Below are positions 18,855 to 29,742 of a stretch of 58,048 nt of DNA, one piece after another. The translations under genes and the position numbers were made by a program. Each line of letters opens with the position of its first letter. Within the stretch, counting starts at the first letter, position 1. The notes beneath the pieces are model-generated. The model made no database searches. It worked only from the letters and a program-made list of their open reading frames with translations, and had not been told where the DNA came from. The stretch covers positions 1 through 58,048 of the forward strand of contig JAXGNU010000010.1 of assembly GCA_040767805.1 (NCBI GenBank), read 5' to 3'. Source of the stretch: Thermovirgaceae bacterium (GTDB taxonomy: Bacteria; Synergistota; Synergistia; Synergistales; Thermovirgaceae).

Positions 18855-19880
18855 ATGAGGGTCCTCTTCGTCGGGTTCGGCAACGTGGGGAGAAGGATAG
18901 CCAGGATCCTCACCGTTGAGAGATCGAAATTCCCCGGGATGAAACCCCTTGACGACCTCGTCACGGTGGGAATAGTCACAAGGAAGAGCGGGGCCCTGGT
19001 CTCCCCTGTCGGGGTGGACCTGGGGGGTGCCTTGAAGGAAATGGAAAGCCGCGGCTCTTTCAATGAAAAGAACAGGGATTTCTGCCCTCTCACTGCCGAG
19101 GAGGCCGTATCCAGCCTGGATTTCGATGTTTTGCTGGAATTATCGACCCTTTCGATTGAAAACAGGGGCGAACCGGCAGTATCCCATGTCAGGAAGGCCC
19201 TTGAAAGAGGCCGTCACGTGGTCTCCGCCAATAAGGGCCCCGTGGCTTTCGCGTACAGGGAATTATTGCAATTAGCCGACCTCGCCGGGAGGCGATTCCT
19301 TTTCGAGACGACCGTCATGGACGGGGCACCCGTTTTCAATCTTTACAGGTCTTGCCTGAGGGGTTGTGTGGTCCAATCGGTCGACGGGATACTGAACTCC
19401 ACGACCAACTACATCCTTGGGAGAATGGAAAAAGGCACGGAGTTCGCCCAGGCTGTGCGCGAGGCCCAGGATATAGGGGTGGCGGAAGCGGACCCTGGTC
19501 ACGATATCGACGGGTGGGACGCGGCGGCGAAGGTGGCCGCCCTGGCAAACGTCCTGCTTGGGGGCGATATGAACCCTTACGATGTTCAAAGGGAAGGGAT
19601 CGGCGCTGTCGATAGGAGGCGTGTGAGTGAGGCGATCCGGTCGGGCAGAAGGCTGAAGCTTGTCTGCCGGGCATGGCGTGACGAAAAGGGCGTCCAGGGA
19701 AGGGTCGGCGTGGAAGAGTTGCCGATGGATCACCCCTTTTCGATGATCGGCGGCGGCGGCGCGATACTGAGGATCCACACGGACCTCATGGGCCCCATCC
19801 TCGTGACCCAGGAGAACCCCGACCTTTACGACACGGCCTATGGGGTCCTGGCGGACCTGCTAAGCCTGAAGCAAGGATAA
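18855..19880 (+). CDS. hom: Homoserine dehydrogenase (no ACT domain)
   Basis: GFGNVG, VSANKGP, GILNSTTNYIL and AEADPGHDIDGWDAAAK motifs. Confidence 0.88.
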   Translation: MRVLFVGFGNVGRRIARILTVERSKFPGMKPLDDLVTVGIVTRKSGALVSPVGVDLGGALKEMESRGSFNEKNRDFCPLTAEEAVSSLDFDVLLELSTLSIENRGEPAVSHVRKALERGRHVVSANKGPVAFAYRELLQLADLAGRRFLFETTVMDGAPVFNLYRSCLRGCVVQSVDGILNSTTNYILGRMEKGTEFAQAVREAQDIGVAEADPGHDIDGWDAAAKVAALANVLLGGDMNPYDVQREGIGAVDRRRVSEAIRSGRRLKLVCRAWRDEKGVQGRVGVEELPMDHPFSMIGGGGAILRIHTDLMGPILVTQENPDLYDTAYGVLADLLSLKQG

Positions 19881-19900
19881 CAACGATCCCCTGAAGGGGC

Positions 19901-19929
19901 TTGCGTCGGGCGGACTTGAGGGGTATATT
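19901..19929 (+). promoter_or_regulatory. Sigma70-type promoter for rbr-tpx
   Basis: TTGCGT, 17-bp spacer, TATATT. Confidence 0.45.
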
Positions 19930-19952
19930 TGAAAAAGTTTTAAAAAGGAGGG

Positions 19953-20459
19953 ATGGTTTTGACCAGGGAAAGGACGAAGAAGAACCTGGAGGAAGCTTTT
20001 AGGGGAGAATCACAGGCAAACCGGAAATACTTGGCTTATGCGAAAAAGGCCGACGATGAGGGTAACCACCAGGTAGGGAAGCTTTTCAGGGCTGTCGCCG
20101 AGGCCGAGACGATCCATGCCCACTCTCATATGAGGGCTTTGGGCATGATCGGTTCCACCGCCGAGAATCTAGACGCCGCCATCGCCGGCGAGACCTACGA
20201 GTTCACGAGCATGTACCCTCCGTTTATTGAAGACGCGGCGATGGAAGGGGAGAAGCAGGCCGAGAGGTCCTTCCGTCTCGCCAATGAAGCGGAAAAGGTC
20301 CATGCCGGCCTGTTCCGGAAGGCCAAGGAGAACCTGCTTTCCGCAGTGGACGTCGATTATTATGTTTGTTCCGTCTGCGGTTACATTGCCGAGGGGGAAG
20401 CGCCCGACACCTGTCCTTTATGCGGAGCAAAGAAAGAGGCTTTCAAACTGGTCGAGTGA
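19953..20459 (+). CDS. rbr: Rubrerythrin
   Basis: AFRGESQANRKY, EAETIH and EKVH diiron motifs; C-terminal CSVCG...CPLCG rubredoxin domain. Confidence 0.95.
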   Translation: MVLTRERTKKNLEEAFRGESQANRKYLAYAKKADDEGNHQVGKLFRAVAEAETIHAHSHMRALGMIGSTAENLDAAIAGETYEFTSMYPPFIEDAAMEGEKQAERSFRLANEAEKVHAGLFRKAKENLLSAVDVDYYVCSVCGYIAEGEAPDTCPLCGAKKEAFKLVE

Positions 20460-20488
20460 AGTTGCCCTTTTCAAAGGAGGTTGGCATC

Positions 20489-21001
20489 TTGGAAAGGAAA
20501 GGTATTGTGACGATGAAGGGAGCTCCGTTGACGCTGCTGGGCCCGGAGCTGGCCGTCGGGCAGAGAGTGCCAGGTTTTACCGTCCTTGACCGGTCACTCA
20601 AGGAAGTGACCCTCGGTGATTTCGAGGGGAAAATAAAGGTTATATCGGTCACACCCTCCCTCGATACCCCGGTCTGCGACCTCCAGGCCCACTGGTTCAA
20701 CGAGGAAGCCGCATCGCTCCCCGGCGACGTCGCCGTGCTCAACATCAGCATGGACCTTCCCTTCGCCATCGACAGGTTCTGTATTGCCGGCGGCATCGAA
20801 TCCATCGAGGTCCTTTCGGACCACCGGGATGCGTCTTTCGGGCAGGAGTGGGGTGTTCTCATCAAGGAACTGCGCCTGCTCGCGAGGTCTGTGTTCGTCA
20901 TTGACAGGGACAACATTCTCCGCTACAAGGAGATCGTGCCCGAGGCCACGACGCCCCCCGACTACGATTCCGCCCTGGCGGCGTTGAAAGCACTTCGATA
21001 A
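20489..21001 (+). CDS. tpx: Thiol peroxidase (atypical 2-Cys peroxiredoxin)
   Basis: PSLDTPVC, ISMDLPFA..RFC and LARSVFVID motifs; AAAGGAGG RBS before TTG. Confidence 0.94.
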   Translation: MERKGIVTMKGAPLTLLGPELAVGQRVPGFTVLDRSLKEVTLGDFEGKIKVISVTPSLDTPVCDLQAHWFNEEAASLPGDVAVLNISMDLPFAIDRFCIAGGIESIEVLSDHRDASFGQEWGVLIKELRLLARSVFVIDRDNILRYKEIVPEATTPPDYDSALAALKALR

Positions 21002-21019
21002 AGCCGATCTTTGAGGTTG

Positions 21020-21045
21020 AAGGGCCCCCCTGGGGCCCTTTTTTG
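21020..21045 (+). terminator. Intrinsic terminator after tpx
   Basis: AAGGGCCCC/GGGGCCCTT hairpin followed by a T-run. Confidence 0.75.
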
Positions 21046-21101
21046 TTGGTGGGATGGGGTATATTATCAGGTGAGGAGTGATCCGGGAAGGGGTTGAACC
21101 G

Positions 21102-22097
21102 ATGTACAAGATCAGGGTCCTGAACAGCGAAGATCTGAAAAAACTTTTGGACATCAAGGACGTCATCTCCGCCGTGGAGACCGCTTATGAGCAGTATTCC
21201 AGGGGCGAGGCTGGGCTTTTTCCCGTCATCGCCCATGAATTCGAGCGGGGGTCCCGGGAGCTGGATATCAAGTCGGGGTTCCTCTCAGGGACAGGCCTCG
21301 CGGGGCTCAAGGTGATCGGGTACGTGGCCGACAACCCGGAGAAGCGGAGGATACCGGCCATATCGGGGATCGTCATCGTGCTCAGCCTTGAGACGGGTAG
21401 ACCGGTGGGCATGCTGGACGGCATGATCATCACCAATATCAGGACTGGAGCCGCTGGTGCCATTGGCGCGAAGCATCTCGCCAGGGAGGGATCCAGCAAT
21501 ATCCTGGTGGTCGGCACCGGTGCCCAGGGGAGGGTCCAGGTACAAGGCCTGACCAAGGTCCTCCCAGGGATCGAGGTTGTACGAGTTGCGGGGAGGGATC
21601 CCGAGAAACTCTCCCGGTTCGTGGTCGAAATGTCAGCTCTCTACCCCCGGATACACTTCCAGGAGATCCCGATGGAAGGGCTCCAGGAGGCCGTCTCCCT
21701 GTCCGATGTCGTCGTGACCTGCACACCTTCCCACGAGCCTTTCATCAGGGCGGAATGGGTCCGTCCCGGGACCCACATCAACGCGATAGGCGCCGACTTT
21801 CCCGGTAAACAGGAATTGGACGAGCACCTGCTGCCCCTTGCCCGGCTCGTCGTCGACAGTAAGGCTCAATCCCTGGAGATAGGTGAGTTTCAGACGGCCT
21901 TCAAAAAGGGGCTCATCGGGGAGTCCGACGTGATCGAGATCGGGAGCATCTTGTCCTCCGAAGCCCGGGGGAGAGAAAACGATGAGGAGATCACCATCTT
22001 TGACACCTCCGGTATGGCCCTCCAGGATATCGTCACCGCCAATCTCGCGCTGGTCAGGGCCCTCGAACGCGGGATAGGTTCTCTGGTGAACCTGTAA
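21102..22097 (+). CDS. Ornithine cyclodeaminase / mu-crystallin family protein
   Basis: TNIRTGAAGA, VGTGAQG, GTHINAIGAD and FDTSGMALQD motifs. Confidence 0.9.
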   Translation: MYKIRVLNSEDLKKLLDIKDVISAVETAYEQYSRGEAGLFPVIAHEFERGSRELDIKSGFLSGTGLAGLKVIGYVADNPEKRRIPAISGIVIVLSLETGRPVGMLDGMIITNIRTGAAGAIGAKHLAREGSSNILVVGTGAQGRVQVQGLTKVLPGIEVVRVAGRDPEKLSRFVVEMSALYPRIHFQEIPMEGLQEAVSLSDVVVTCTPSHEPFIRAEWVRPGTHINAIGADFPGKQELDEHLLPLARLVVDSKAQSLEIGEFQTAFKKGLIGESDVIEIGSILSSEARGRENDEEITIFDTSGMALQDIVTANLALVRALERGIGSLVNL

Positions 22098-22115
22098 CGT
22101 CGGGGGTGGTTCTTC

Positions 22116-23099
22116 ATGCTGATAACCCCAGAGATGAGGGACGTGCTCAAGGCGGCGAGGTTTCTCGAGGGCAGGATAAGGAAAACCCCCGTCGAGAAGT
22201 CTTACCCCCTTTCGGACATGGCGGGCTCCGAGGTATTCCTCAAGTGGGAGAATCAACAGCTTTGCGGTTCCTTCAAAGTAAGGGGAGCCCTTAACAAGAT
22301 GTATTCACTCACCCCCCTGGAAAGGGGTAGGGGAGTCATTACCGCCTCATCGGGGAATCATGCCCAGGGCGTCGCCATGGCGGCAAGCCTTCTCGGCGTC
22401 AGGGCGGTCATCTGTGTCCCCGGTTCGTGTCCCGATACGAAGAGGGAAGCGATCCTCTCGAGGGGCTCAGGGTTGGTCGACCTCAGGGTCATCGGGCGCT
22501 TTTACGATGAAGCCGAGGCCGAGGCCAAGGCAGTTGCCGAAAGAGACGGGCTCGTCTATGTCTCGGCCTACGAAGATCATCATATCGTCAGCGGCCAGGG
22601 GACCCTGGGCCTTGAGTTCCTGATGGAGGTGCCCGACCTGGACCTGTTGATCGTTCCGATCAGCGGCGGAGGGCTGATCTCCGGGGTTGCTACGGCGGCC
22701 AGGGCCCTGAGGCCCGGCATAGAGGTCATAGGAGTCCACGCCTCGGCCAACCCCTCCTGGAAGGAGGCCTGGAAGAACTGTGCCGTGGTGCCGGTGGCGG
22801 AGAGCGATACCTATGCTGATGCCCTTTCGGGAGGGGCATCGGGGATACTTTTCCCCTTGGTCCGGAAGATAGTGTCGGGTCTTTCCGACGTTTCGGAGCA
22901 CGAGATAGCGAAGGCGATCGTTTTTTTACACTCAAACCATCACCAGGTCGTCGAGGGCGCCGGTTCCATCGGTGTGGCCGCGGTACTGGCCCGGCGGATC
23001 GAAACCGGCGGCCGGAAGACAGGTATAGTCATAAGCGGGGGCAATATAAGCGACGGGACAATCCTCAAGGCTTACGCGGAAGCGGGTGATGTCAAGTGA
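22116..23099 (+). CDS. Threonine/serine dehydratase family PLP enzyme (no ACT domain)
   Basis: LKWENQQLCGSFKVRGA, SSGNHAQG, GQGT, SGGGLISG and ISGGN motifs. Confidence 0.9.
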   Translation: MLITPEMRDVLKAARFLEGRIRKTPVEKSYPLSDMAGSEVFLKWENQQLCGSFKVRGALNKMYSLTPLERGRGVITASSGNHAQGVAMAASLLGVRAVICVPGSCPDTKREAILSRGSGLVDLRVIGRFYDEAEAEAKAVAERDGLVYVSAYEDHHIVSGQGTLGLEFLMEVPDLDLLIVPISGGGLISGVATAARALRPGIEVIGVHASANPSWKEAWKNCAVVPVAESDTYADALSGGASGILFPLVRKIVSGLSDVSEHEIAKAIVFLHSNHHQVVEGAGSIGVAAVLARRIETGGRKTGIVISGGNISDGTILKAYAEAGDVK

Positions 23100-23311
23100 G
23101 CGGTGAAGGTGGGGAAGAAAGAGGCAAGGGGGGTGAGAGAAAGCATTCACCCTTGACGGCGCTCCTGTTCTTGACCGTTACGTTGGCCCTGGCCGTCAAG
23201 TTACTGATTAACGTCCCCTTTTTTCGGCAATTCTTTTCGGGTTACGGTAAGTTCGTCCTCCTCCCGGTGTTGTTCTACCTGGGATACGTTGGTATCCACC
23301 GAAAAAGCTAA
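23096..23311 (+). CDS. Small hypothetical membrane protein
   Basis: GTGA overlap with the upstream stop; two hydrophobic segments; 71 aa. Confidence 0.5.
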   Translation: MSGEGGEERGKGGERKHSPLTALLFLTVTLALAVKLLINVPFFRQFFSGYGKFVLLPVLFYLGYVGIHRKS

Positions 23312-23470
23312 GGTCTTCCCATTACGCCTTCCAGCCCTTACGTTCGCTGGGGGCGCCGGTGATCCATTGTCTTCACCCCGGGTGCCCGGCAGCCTCGCCC
23401 CGCTTCCATGGGCCCTCTCCTTCTTCTTGCCGAGGTTAAAGGCGCCAGACCCGTCGAGGCTTCGCTCAGG

Positions 23471-23995
23471 CTATACTTCCCGGAAAGCCGTTGAAGGTGG
23501 CGACGGCAGGTCCCTGATCTCCTCCCTGGACTCGACCACTTTCAACTTGGCCGCCGCAGCGTCCTCCCAGACCTTTTCATGGACCTCTTCGTCGAAAAGG
23601 GCAATGATCCTGGCCGCGAAAAGCGCCGCATTCCGGGCAGCCCCTATCCCCATCGCCCCCACGGGGACGCCCGGCGGCATCTGGGCCACCGAGAGCAACG
23701 CGTCCATGCCTCCTAAGGTTCCCGCCGGTGCGGGGACCCCAATGACCGGGAGGGTGGTATGGGCGGCCAGCGCCCCGGGGAGAGCGGCCGAAAGACCTGC
23801 CACGGCGATGATGACCTTGAGGCCCCTCGCCCTGGCGTTCCTCGCGTAGTTGACCACGTCGTCGGGGGTGCGGTGGGCTGAAGCCACCGTCATCTCAAAA
23901 GGTATCCCCAGGGTCTCGAGGACTTCCTTGGTCTTGACCCCCAGCTCGAGGTCCGAAATTGAGCCCAGGACTATTCCGGCAACCGGTCCTTCCAA
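23471..23995 (-). CDS. purE: AIR carboxylase / N5-CAIR mutase PurE
   Basis: GSISD, SAHRTP, PVIGVP and QMPPGVPV motifs. Confidence 0.93.
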   Translation of the reverse strand: MEGPVAGIVLGSISDLELGVKTKEVLETLGIPFEMTVASAHRTPDDVVNYARNARARGLKVIIAVAGLSAALPGALAAHTTLPVIGVPAPAGTLGGMDALLSVAQMPPGVPVGAMGIGAARNAALFAARIIALFDEEVHEKVWEDAAAAKLKVVESREEIRDLPSPPSTAFREV

Positions 23996-25272
23996 GGCGT
24001 TCCACCACCTTTCAGCGCGATGTCGCTTCTGAACCTGGCCCCTTGAAAGCTGATCCTGTCAACAGCCCTATAGGCCTTTGAACGGGCATCGTCTATGCTT
24101 TTCCCCGTTCCGACCACCGTAAGGACCCTTCCCCCGGAGGTGACCATCCTCCCGGCTTGATCCCGTGCGGTTCCCGAGTGGAAGATGAACGTGCCCTCTT
24201 CACCTTGCAGTTCGGCGAGTCCCGACAAGGGGTGCCCTTTCTCGTAGGGACCGGGGTAGCCTCCCGAGGCGAGGACCACGCCAACGGCGGTCCTGGACGA
24301 CCCTTGGGGGGGGAGGCCGCCGAGGGAGCCCCCGGCGCAGGCTTCTGCCAGGAGCGCGAAGTCGCCGTCGTAAGCGGGCAGTACCACCTGCGTCTCGGGG
24401 TCGCCCATCCGGACGTTGTATTCGAGGACCCCCGCATCCCCTTCCCGATCGATCATAAGGCCGAAATACAGCACCCCCCTGAAGGGGATGGATTCTTTTT
24501 TCAGCCCCGACACGGTGGGTTCGATAACCCTGTCGATGACTCTCTCCATGAAAGGTCCGTCCGCCCAGGGGACGGGGGCGAAGGCACCCATGCCTCCCGT
24601 GTTGGGGCCCTTGTCACCGTCAAAGGCCCTCTTATGGTCCTGGCTCGTGGGCAGAACGTGAAAAGAGTCTCCGTCGGTCAACACCAACACGGTCAGTTCT
24701 TCCCCGGGAAGATGGTCTTCGATCACCACCTTTTCCCCCGCCCGGCCCAGGAGTCCCTTGACCAGGAGGCCGGCGCAAGTGTCCCTTGCCTCCAGGAATG
24801 ATCCCATTATGAAGGCGCCCTTGCCGGCCGCGAGCCCGTCGGCCTTCACCACGTAGGGCGGCCGCCTCTTGAGGAGGGCCTTTTCAGCCTGGTCCAGGTT
24901 TTCACAGATGTCGAAATCGGCAGTGGGTATCCCATGCCTGGACATGAAAAGTTTCGCGAAGGCCTTGCTGCCTTCGAGCATGGCTCCCCTTTTCCCGGGA
25001 CCGAGGACGGAAAAGCCCTCTTCCCTTAAAACATCGGCCAACCCAGACACTAGGGGAGCTTCCGGCCCGATGACGACCAGGTGGGGAGACAGGGAGCGCG
25101 CCAAGTCGACGGTCATCGCCGGGTCGGAAATATCCAGCCGGTGGACCGTGGCTGTCTTTTCGATGCCGGCGTTGCCGGGAGCGCAATGGACTGCACTTAC
25201 CGAGGGAGACCTCGATAGGGCCCAGCAGAGGGCGTGTTCCCTGCCGCCGCCACCCAGGACAAGGGTTCTCAT
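23971..25272 (-). CDS. purD: Phosphoribosylamine--glycine ligase
   Basis: GGGGREHAL, KADGLAAGKG, GPNTGGMG and EYNVRMGDPE motifs. Confidence 0.96.
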   Translation of the reverse strand: MRTLVLGGGGREHALCWALSRSPSVSAVHCAPGNAGIEKTATVHRLDISDPAMTVDLARSLSPHLVVIGPEAPLVSGLADVLREEGFSVLGPGKRGAMLEGSKAFAKLFMSRHGIPTADFDICENLDQAEKALLKRRPPYVVKADGLAAGKGAFIMGSFLEARDTCAGLLVKGLLGRAGEKVVIEDHLPGEELTVLVLTDGDSFHVLPTSQDHKRAFDGDKGPNTGGMGAFAPVPWADGPFMERVIDRVIEPTVSGLKKESIPFRGVLYFGLMIDREGDAGVLEYNVRMGDPETQVVLPAYDGDFALLAEACAGGSLGGLPPQGSSRTAVGVVLASGGYPGPYEKGHPLSGLAELQGEEGTFIFHSGTARDQAGRMVTSGGRVLTVVGTGKSIDDARSKAYRAVDRISFQGARFRSDIALKGGGTPWKDRLPE

Positions 25273-25287
25273 GGTTCGATCACTCCC

Positions 25288-26802
25288 TCAGTGGCGGAAG
25301 GTTCTCCACCCGCTGATGAACATGCTGACACCAAGTTTCGCGGCGATATTCTTGATGTCATCGTCCCTTATGGAGCCCCCCGGCTGTATCACCGCGGTGA
25401 TCCCGGCTTCGGCGGCCGCCTCGATGCTGTCGGGGAAGGGGAAGAACGCGTCGGAACCCAAGACCGCGCCGGCAGCCTTCCCCCCCGCTTGCAGACAAGC
25501 CCACTTAACAGCGTCTACCCGGCTCGTGAATCCTCGCCCCAGTCCAACGGTCATGCCCTCGCGGACGATCGATATGGAGTTGCTCTTGCCAAGGGCAGCC
25601 GCTTTCCAAGCCAGGAGCAAGTCGGCCCAGAGGTCGCCCCTGGGCTCACCCACCCATTCCCCCGAGTCGGGGTCCGGCAGCGGGGGGGTAATGTCATCCT
25701 GGACAAGGGTGCCGCTCCAGGTGCTCAAAAGTGAAGTGCCGCTGACATGTACGCCGTCCCATTCCAAGAGACGCAGGTTCGAAGCCAGCGCCCTGATCGC
25801 CTCTTCCGGTGAAGGACGTTGCGCCACCAGCACTTCGGAGAACTGCTCCGCCAAGCGCCGCGCGACGCGAGATCCACTTCCCCTGGTGAAGGCGATCACG
25901 CCGCCGAAGGCCGGAAACCGGGTCGCAGTCAAAGGCTTGGCAAGCGTCGAGGGCGTCTTCCGGATACGGCCCCGCAGGGCGTCGTGCTTGATGATCACGC
26001 AGGCGCAATCAGCGTGGGAGAAGGTCCATCGCCTTCATGGCGCAGTCGATATCGAGCAGGTTGTTGTACAAAGGGGTTTCCCGGATACCAGCCTCCAGGG
26101 TGTGTCCTCCAGGGGGTTCCCGTAGAGCGATGCCCGTTGGTGAGGGTTTTCGCCGTAGCGCAGATCGAACCTCTTGGAGAGAGGCAGGACGCGAAGGGGG
26201 GCGAAGGGTTCTTGCCTGCCGCAGGATCTCGAGAGGCCTTCGTGGATAACGGCGTCGTAGTGAGAGGTCTCCAGGAAGGCCCTGACGGCGAGTCTTTCCC
26301 TCGTGGGGAGTGTGACGTTGCCCTCGGACCTGATCTCTTCCACCACGGCGGCGTAGTCCCCAGGGTCCGTAACGGGAACCACGTGACGGAAATTTTTCGC
26401 GGCGGCCCGGATCAGGGTGACCCCCCCGATATCGATATGCTCCAGCAGTTCATCGAGGGCGGCGCCCTTTTTCAGGGTTTCCTCGAAGGGGTAAAGATTG
26501 CACACGACCATATCGATCATGGGAATCCCGTATTTTTCAACATCGGCCTTGTCACCCTCGAAATGTCTTCGCGCCAGGATCCCGCCGAAGACCGAGGGGT
26601 GAAGGGTTTTGACCCTGCCGCCAAGCAAATGAGGGTACCCTGTAAGATCTTCCACCTCCTTGACGGGCACACCCGCCTCCCTGATGTGCTTCGCGGTCCC
26701 GGAACTGGAGACGATCTCCCAACCCAGGTCGGCCAGGCCCTTCGCCAGGCCGGCCACGTTTCTCTTGTCGAAGACCGAGATAAGAGCGCGCTTCTGGCCC
26801 AT
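25288..26802 (-). pseudogene. purH: Bifunctional AICAR transformylase/IMP cyclohydrolase, frameshifted in this sequence
   Basis: N-part RALISVFDK, GRVKTLHP, DIGGVTLIRAAAKN, LRYGENPHQ; C-part SDAFFPFPD, IQPGGSIRD, RTFRH; YNNLLD and DCDPVS lie in other frames around 25900-26070. Confidence 0.85.
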
Positions 26803-26816
26803 TACAGGTTCTCCTT

Positions 26817-27388
26817 TCAGCGCCTACGACCCAACAGGTCGATCAGAGCCCTGGTATAGAGGACGTGCTCCACTCGGTGGATGCGGTCCTCCAGCGTTTC
26901 AAGTGTATCACCTGGGTGGATCCTTACAGGCTCCTGGGCGAGGATCTCTCCGTGGTCAACTTCCTCGTCGACGAGATGGACCGTGACACCGGTCACCTTC
27001 ACCCCTTTCTCATAGGCCGCTCTTATGGAGTCCCTGCCGGGGAAGGAGGGAAGCAGCGAGGGGTGGATGTTGACGATCCTACCCTTCCTGGGGGCGACGA
27101 ACCGCGGGGAAAGGATCCTCATGAACCCGGCGAGGACCACCCATTCGGCGGAGTACTCTTCAAGAAGTTCTTCCAGGTGTTTTTCGGCCCCCTCCCAGTC
27201 CCTTTCGGGGTTGGGGAGGACATGGGCGGCGATCTTCCTTTGGATCGCGAACAAGAGCCCTCCAGCGTCGGGTTTGTCGCTCGCAACGAAGGCCACTTCA
27301 GCTTTTAGGAGGCCCGATCGGCAGTTGTCCACGATGGAGGCCATGTTCGTCCCCTTGCCGGAAATGAGGATGGCCAGCCGGGGCTTCA

Positions 27389-27389
<1 letters not shown>
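26817..27389 (-). CDS. purN: Phosphoribosylglycinamide formyltransferase
   Basis: ISGKGTN, LAGFMRIL, NIHPSLLPSFPG and GVTVHLVD motifs. Confidence 0.96.
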
Positions 27390-28361
<972 letters not shown>

Positions 28362-28378
<17 letters not shown>

Positions 28379-29738
28379 TATCCTCTCCTCCGTCAAGGTA
28401 GTCCCCGCTGAAGCAGGCCGTGCAGATATCCGACGGCGGGAGACCGATCGATGAGACAAGGTCTTCGATGCCCAGGTAGTGCAGTGAGTCAGCCCCTACC
28501 GTCGCGCGAAGGGTATCGATATCCAGTTTGGCGGCGGCCAATTCTTCGCAGGAGAGCATGTCTATCCCGTAGTAACAGGGGAAGCGGACGGGCGGAGAGG
28601 CGATCCTGATATGGACCCTGGCGGCCCCGTCCTGCCTGATCATGGAAATGGCCCGTTCCACGGTGGTGCCCCTCACGATCGAGTCATCGACGACGGCCAG
28701 TTCCTTGCCGGCGACGAGCTTCTTGATCGGATTGAGCTTGATCCTCACTCCCAGGGCCCTGACTCTCTGGGTGGGCTGGATAAAAGTCCTCCCGACGAAC
28801 CTGTTCCTCACGATGGCCGCTTCGTAACGCTGACCGGCACAACCAGCATAACCGATCGCCGCAATAGTCCCGCTGTCGGGCATGCCCGTGACAATGTCCG
28901 CGGTGGGGCTGGGGGCGCTGGCGGACAATTTGCAACCCAGGGTTTTTCTCACTTCGTAGACGGACTTCCCGTCGACCACGCTGTCAGGCCTGGCAAAATA
29001 GACGTACTCGAAGGCGCAGGAGTAAAGCCGGGAAGCCTCGACGGGGATCCTGATGCTCTTGATCCCGGCCTCATCAATTACGATGATCTCGCCGGGTTTC
29101 ACATCCCTGAGCAGCGAGGCTCCCACTATGTCAAGGGCGCAGCTCTCGGAGGCCACGTAAAAGGTGTCCTCCCGCCTACCCAGGACAAGGGGTCGAAAAC
29201 CCCAGGGGTCGCGGGCTGCGACAAGCCGGTTCCCCAGCAACACCGCGAGGCTGTAGGCTCCCTTGAGGCGAATGAGGGCATCCACCAGCGCGTCCAGGGG
29301 CGGCTTGTGCGACTGGTGCGCCATCAGGTGGATGATGGTCTCCGTGTCGGTGGCGGACTGGAATATGGCGCCCCTCGACTCGAGCATGTGCCTTATTCCC
29401 ATGGCGTTGGTGATGTTGCCGTTATGGGCGACGGCTACAGAGCCCATGGAATAGTTGGCCGTGATCGGGTGGACGTTGGCCAGGCCTGAAGGGCCGGCGG
29501 TCGAGTACCTGACGTGCCCGATAGCTGAGTTCGCCCTCAGGCCAGCCAGGTATTTCTGATCGAGGGCTATGTGAACCAGCCCCATCCCCTTTACGGAGTT
29601 GACTTCGCTCCCTTCGTTGGAGTTCCAGGCAATGCCCGCTGATTCCTGCCCCCGGTGCTGCAGGGCGTAAAGCCCCAGGTAGACGTCCTCCAACACGGAA
29701 TGGCCGTTCTTGCAAAAGGCGCCGAAAACCCCAGCCAT
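28362..29738 (-). CDS. purF: Amidophosphoribosyltransferase with Ala in place of the N-terminal catalytic Cys
   Basis: LQHRGQESAG, GHVRYST, HNGN, CAFEYVYFARPDS, VDDSIVRGTT and CTACF motifs; N-terminus reads MAGVFG. Confidence 0.92.
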
Positions 29739-29742
29739 TGCT

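Noticed and set aside
23338..23409. 23-codon minus-strand ORF with an AAGGAG RBS after purE
   Set aside because: Too short, with no recognisable similarity; cannot be supported.
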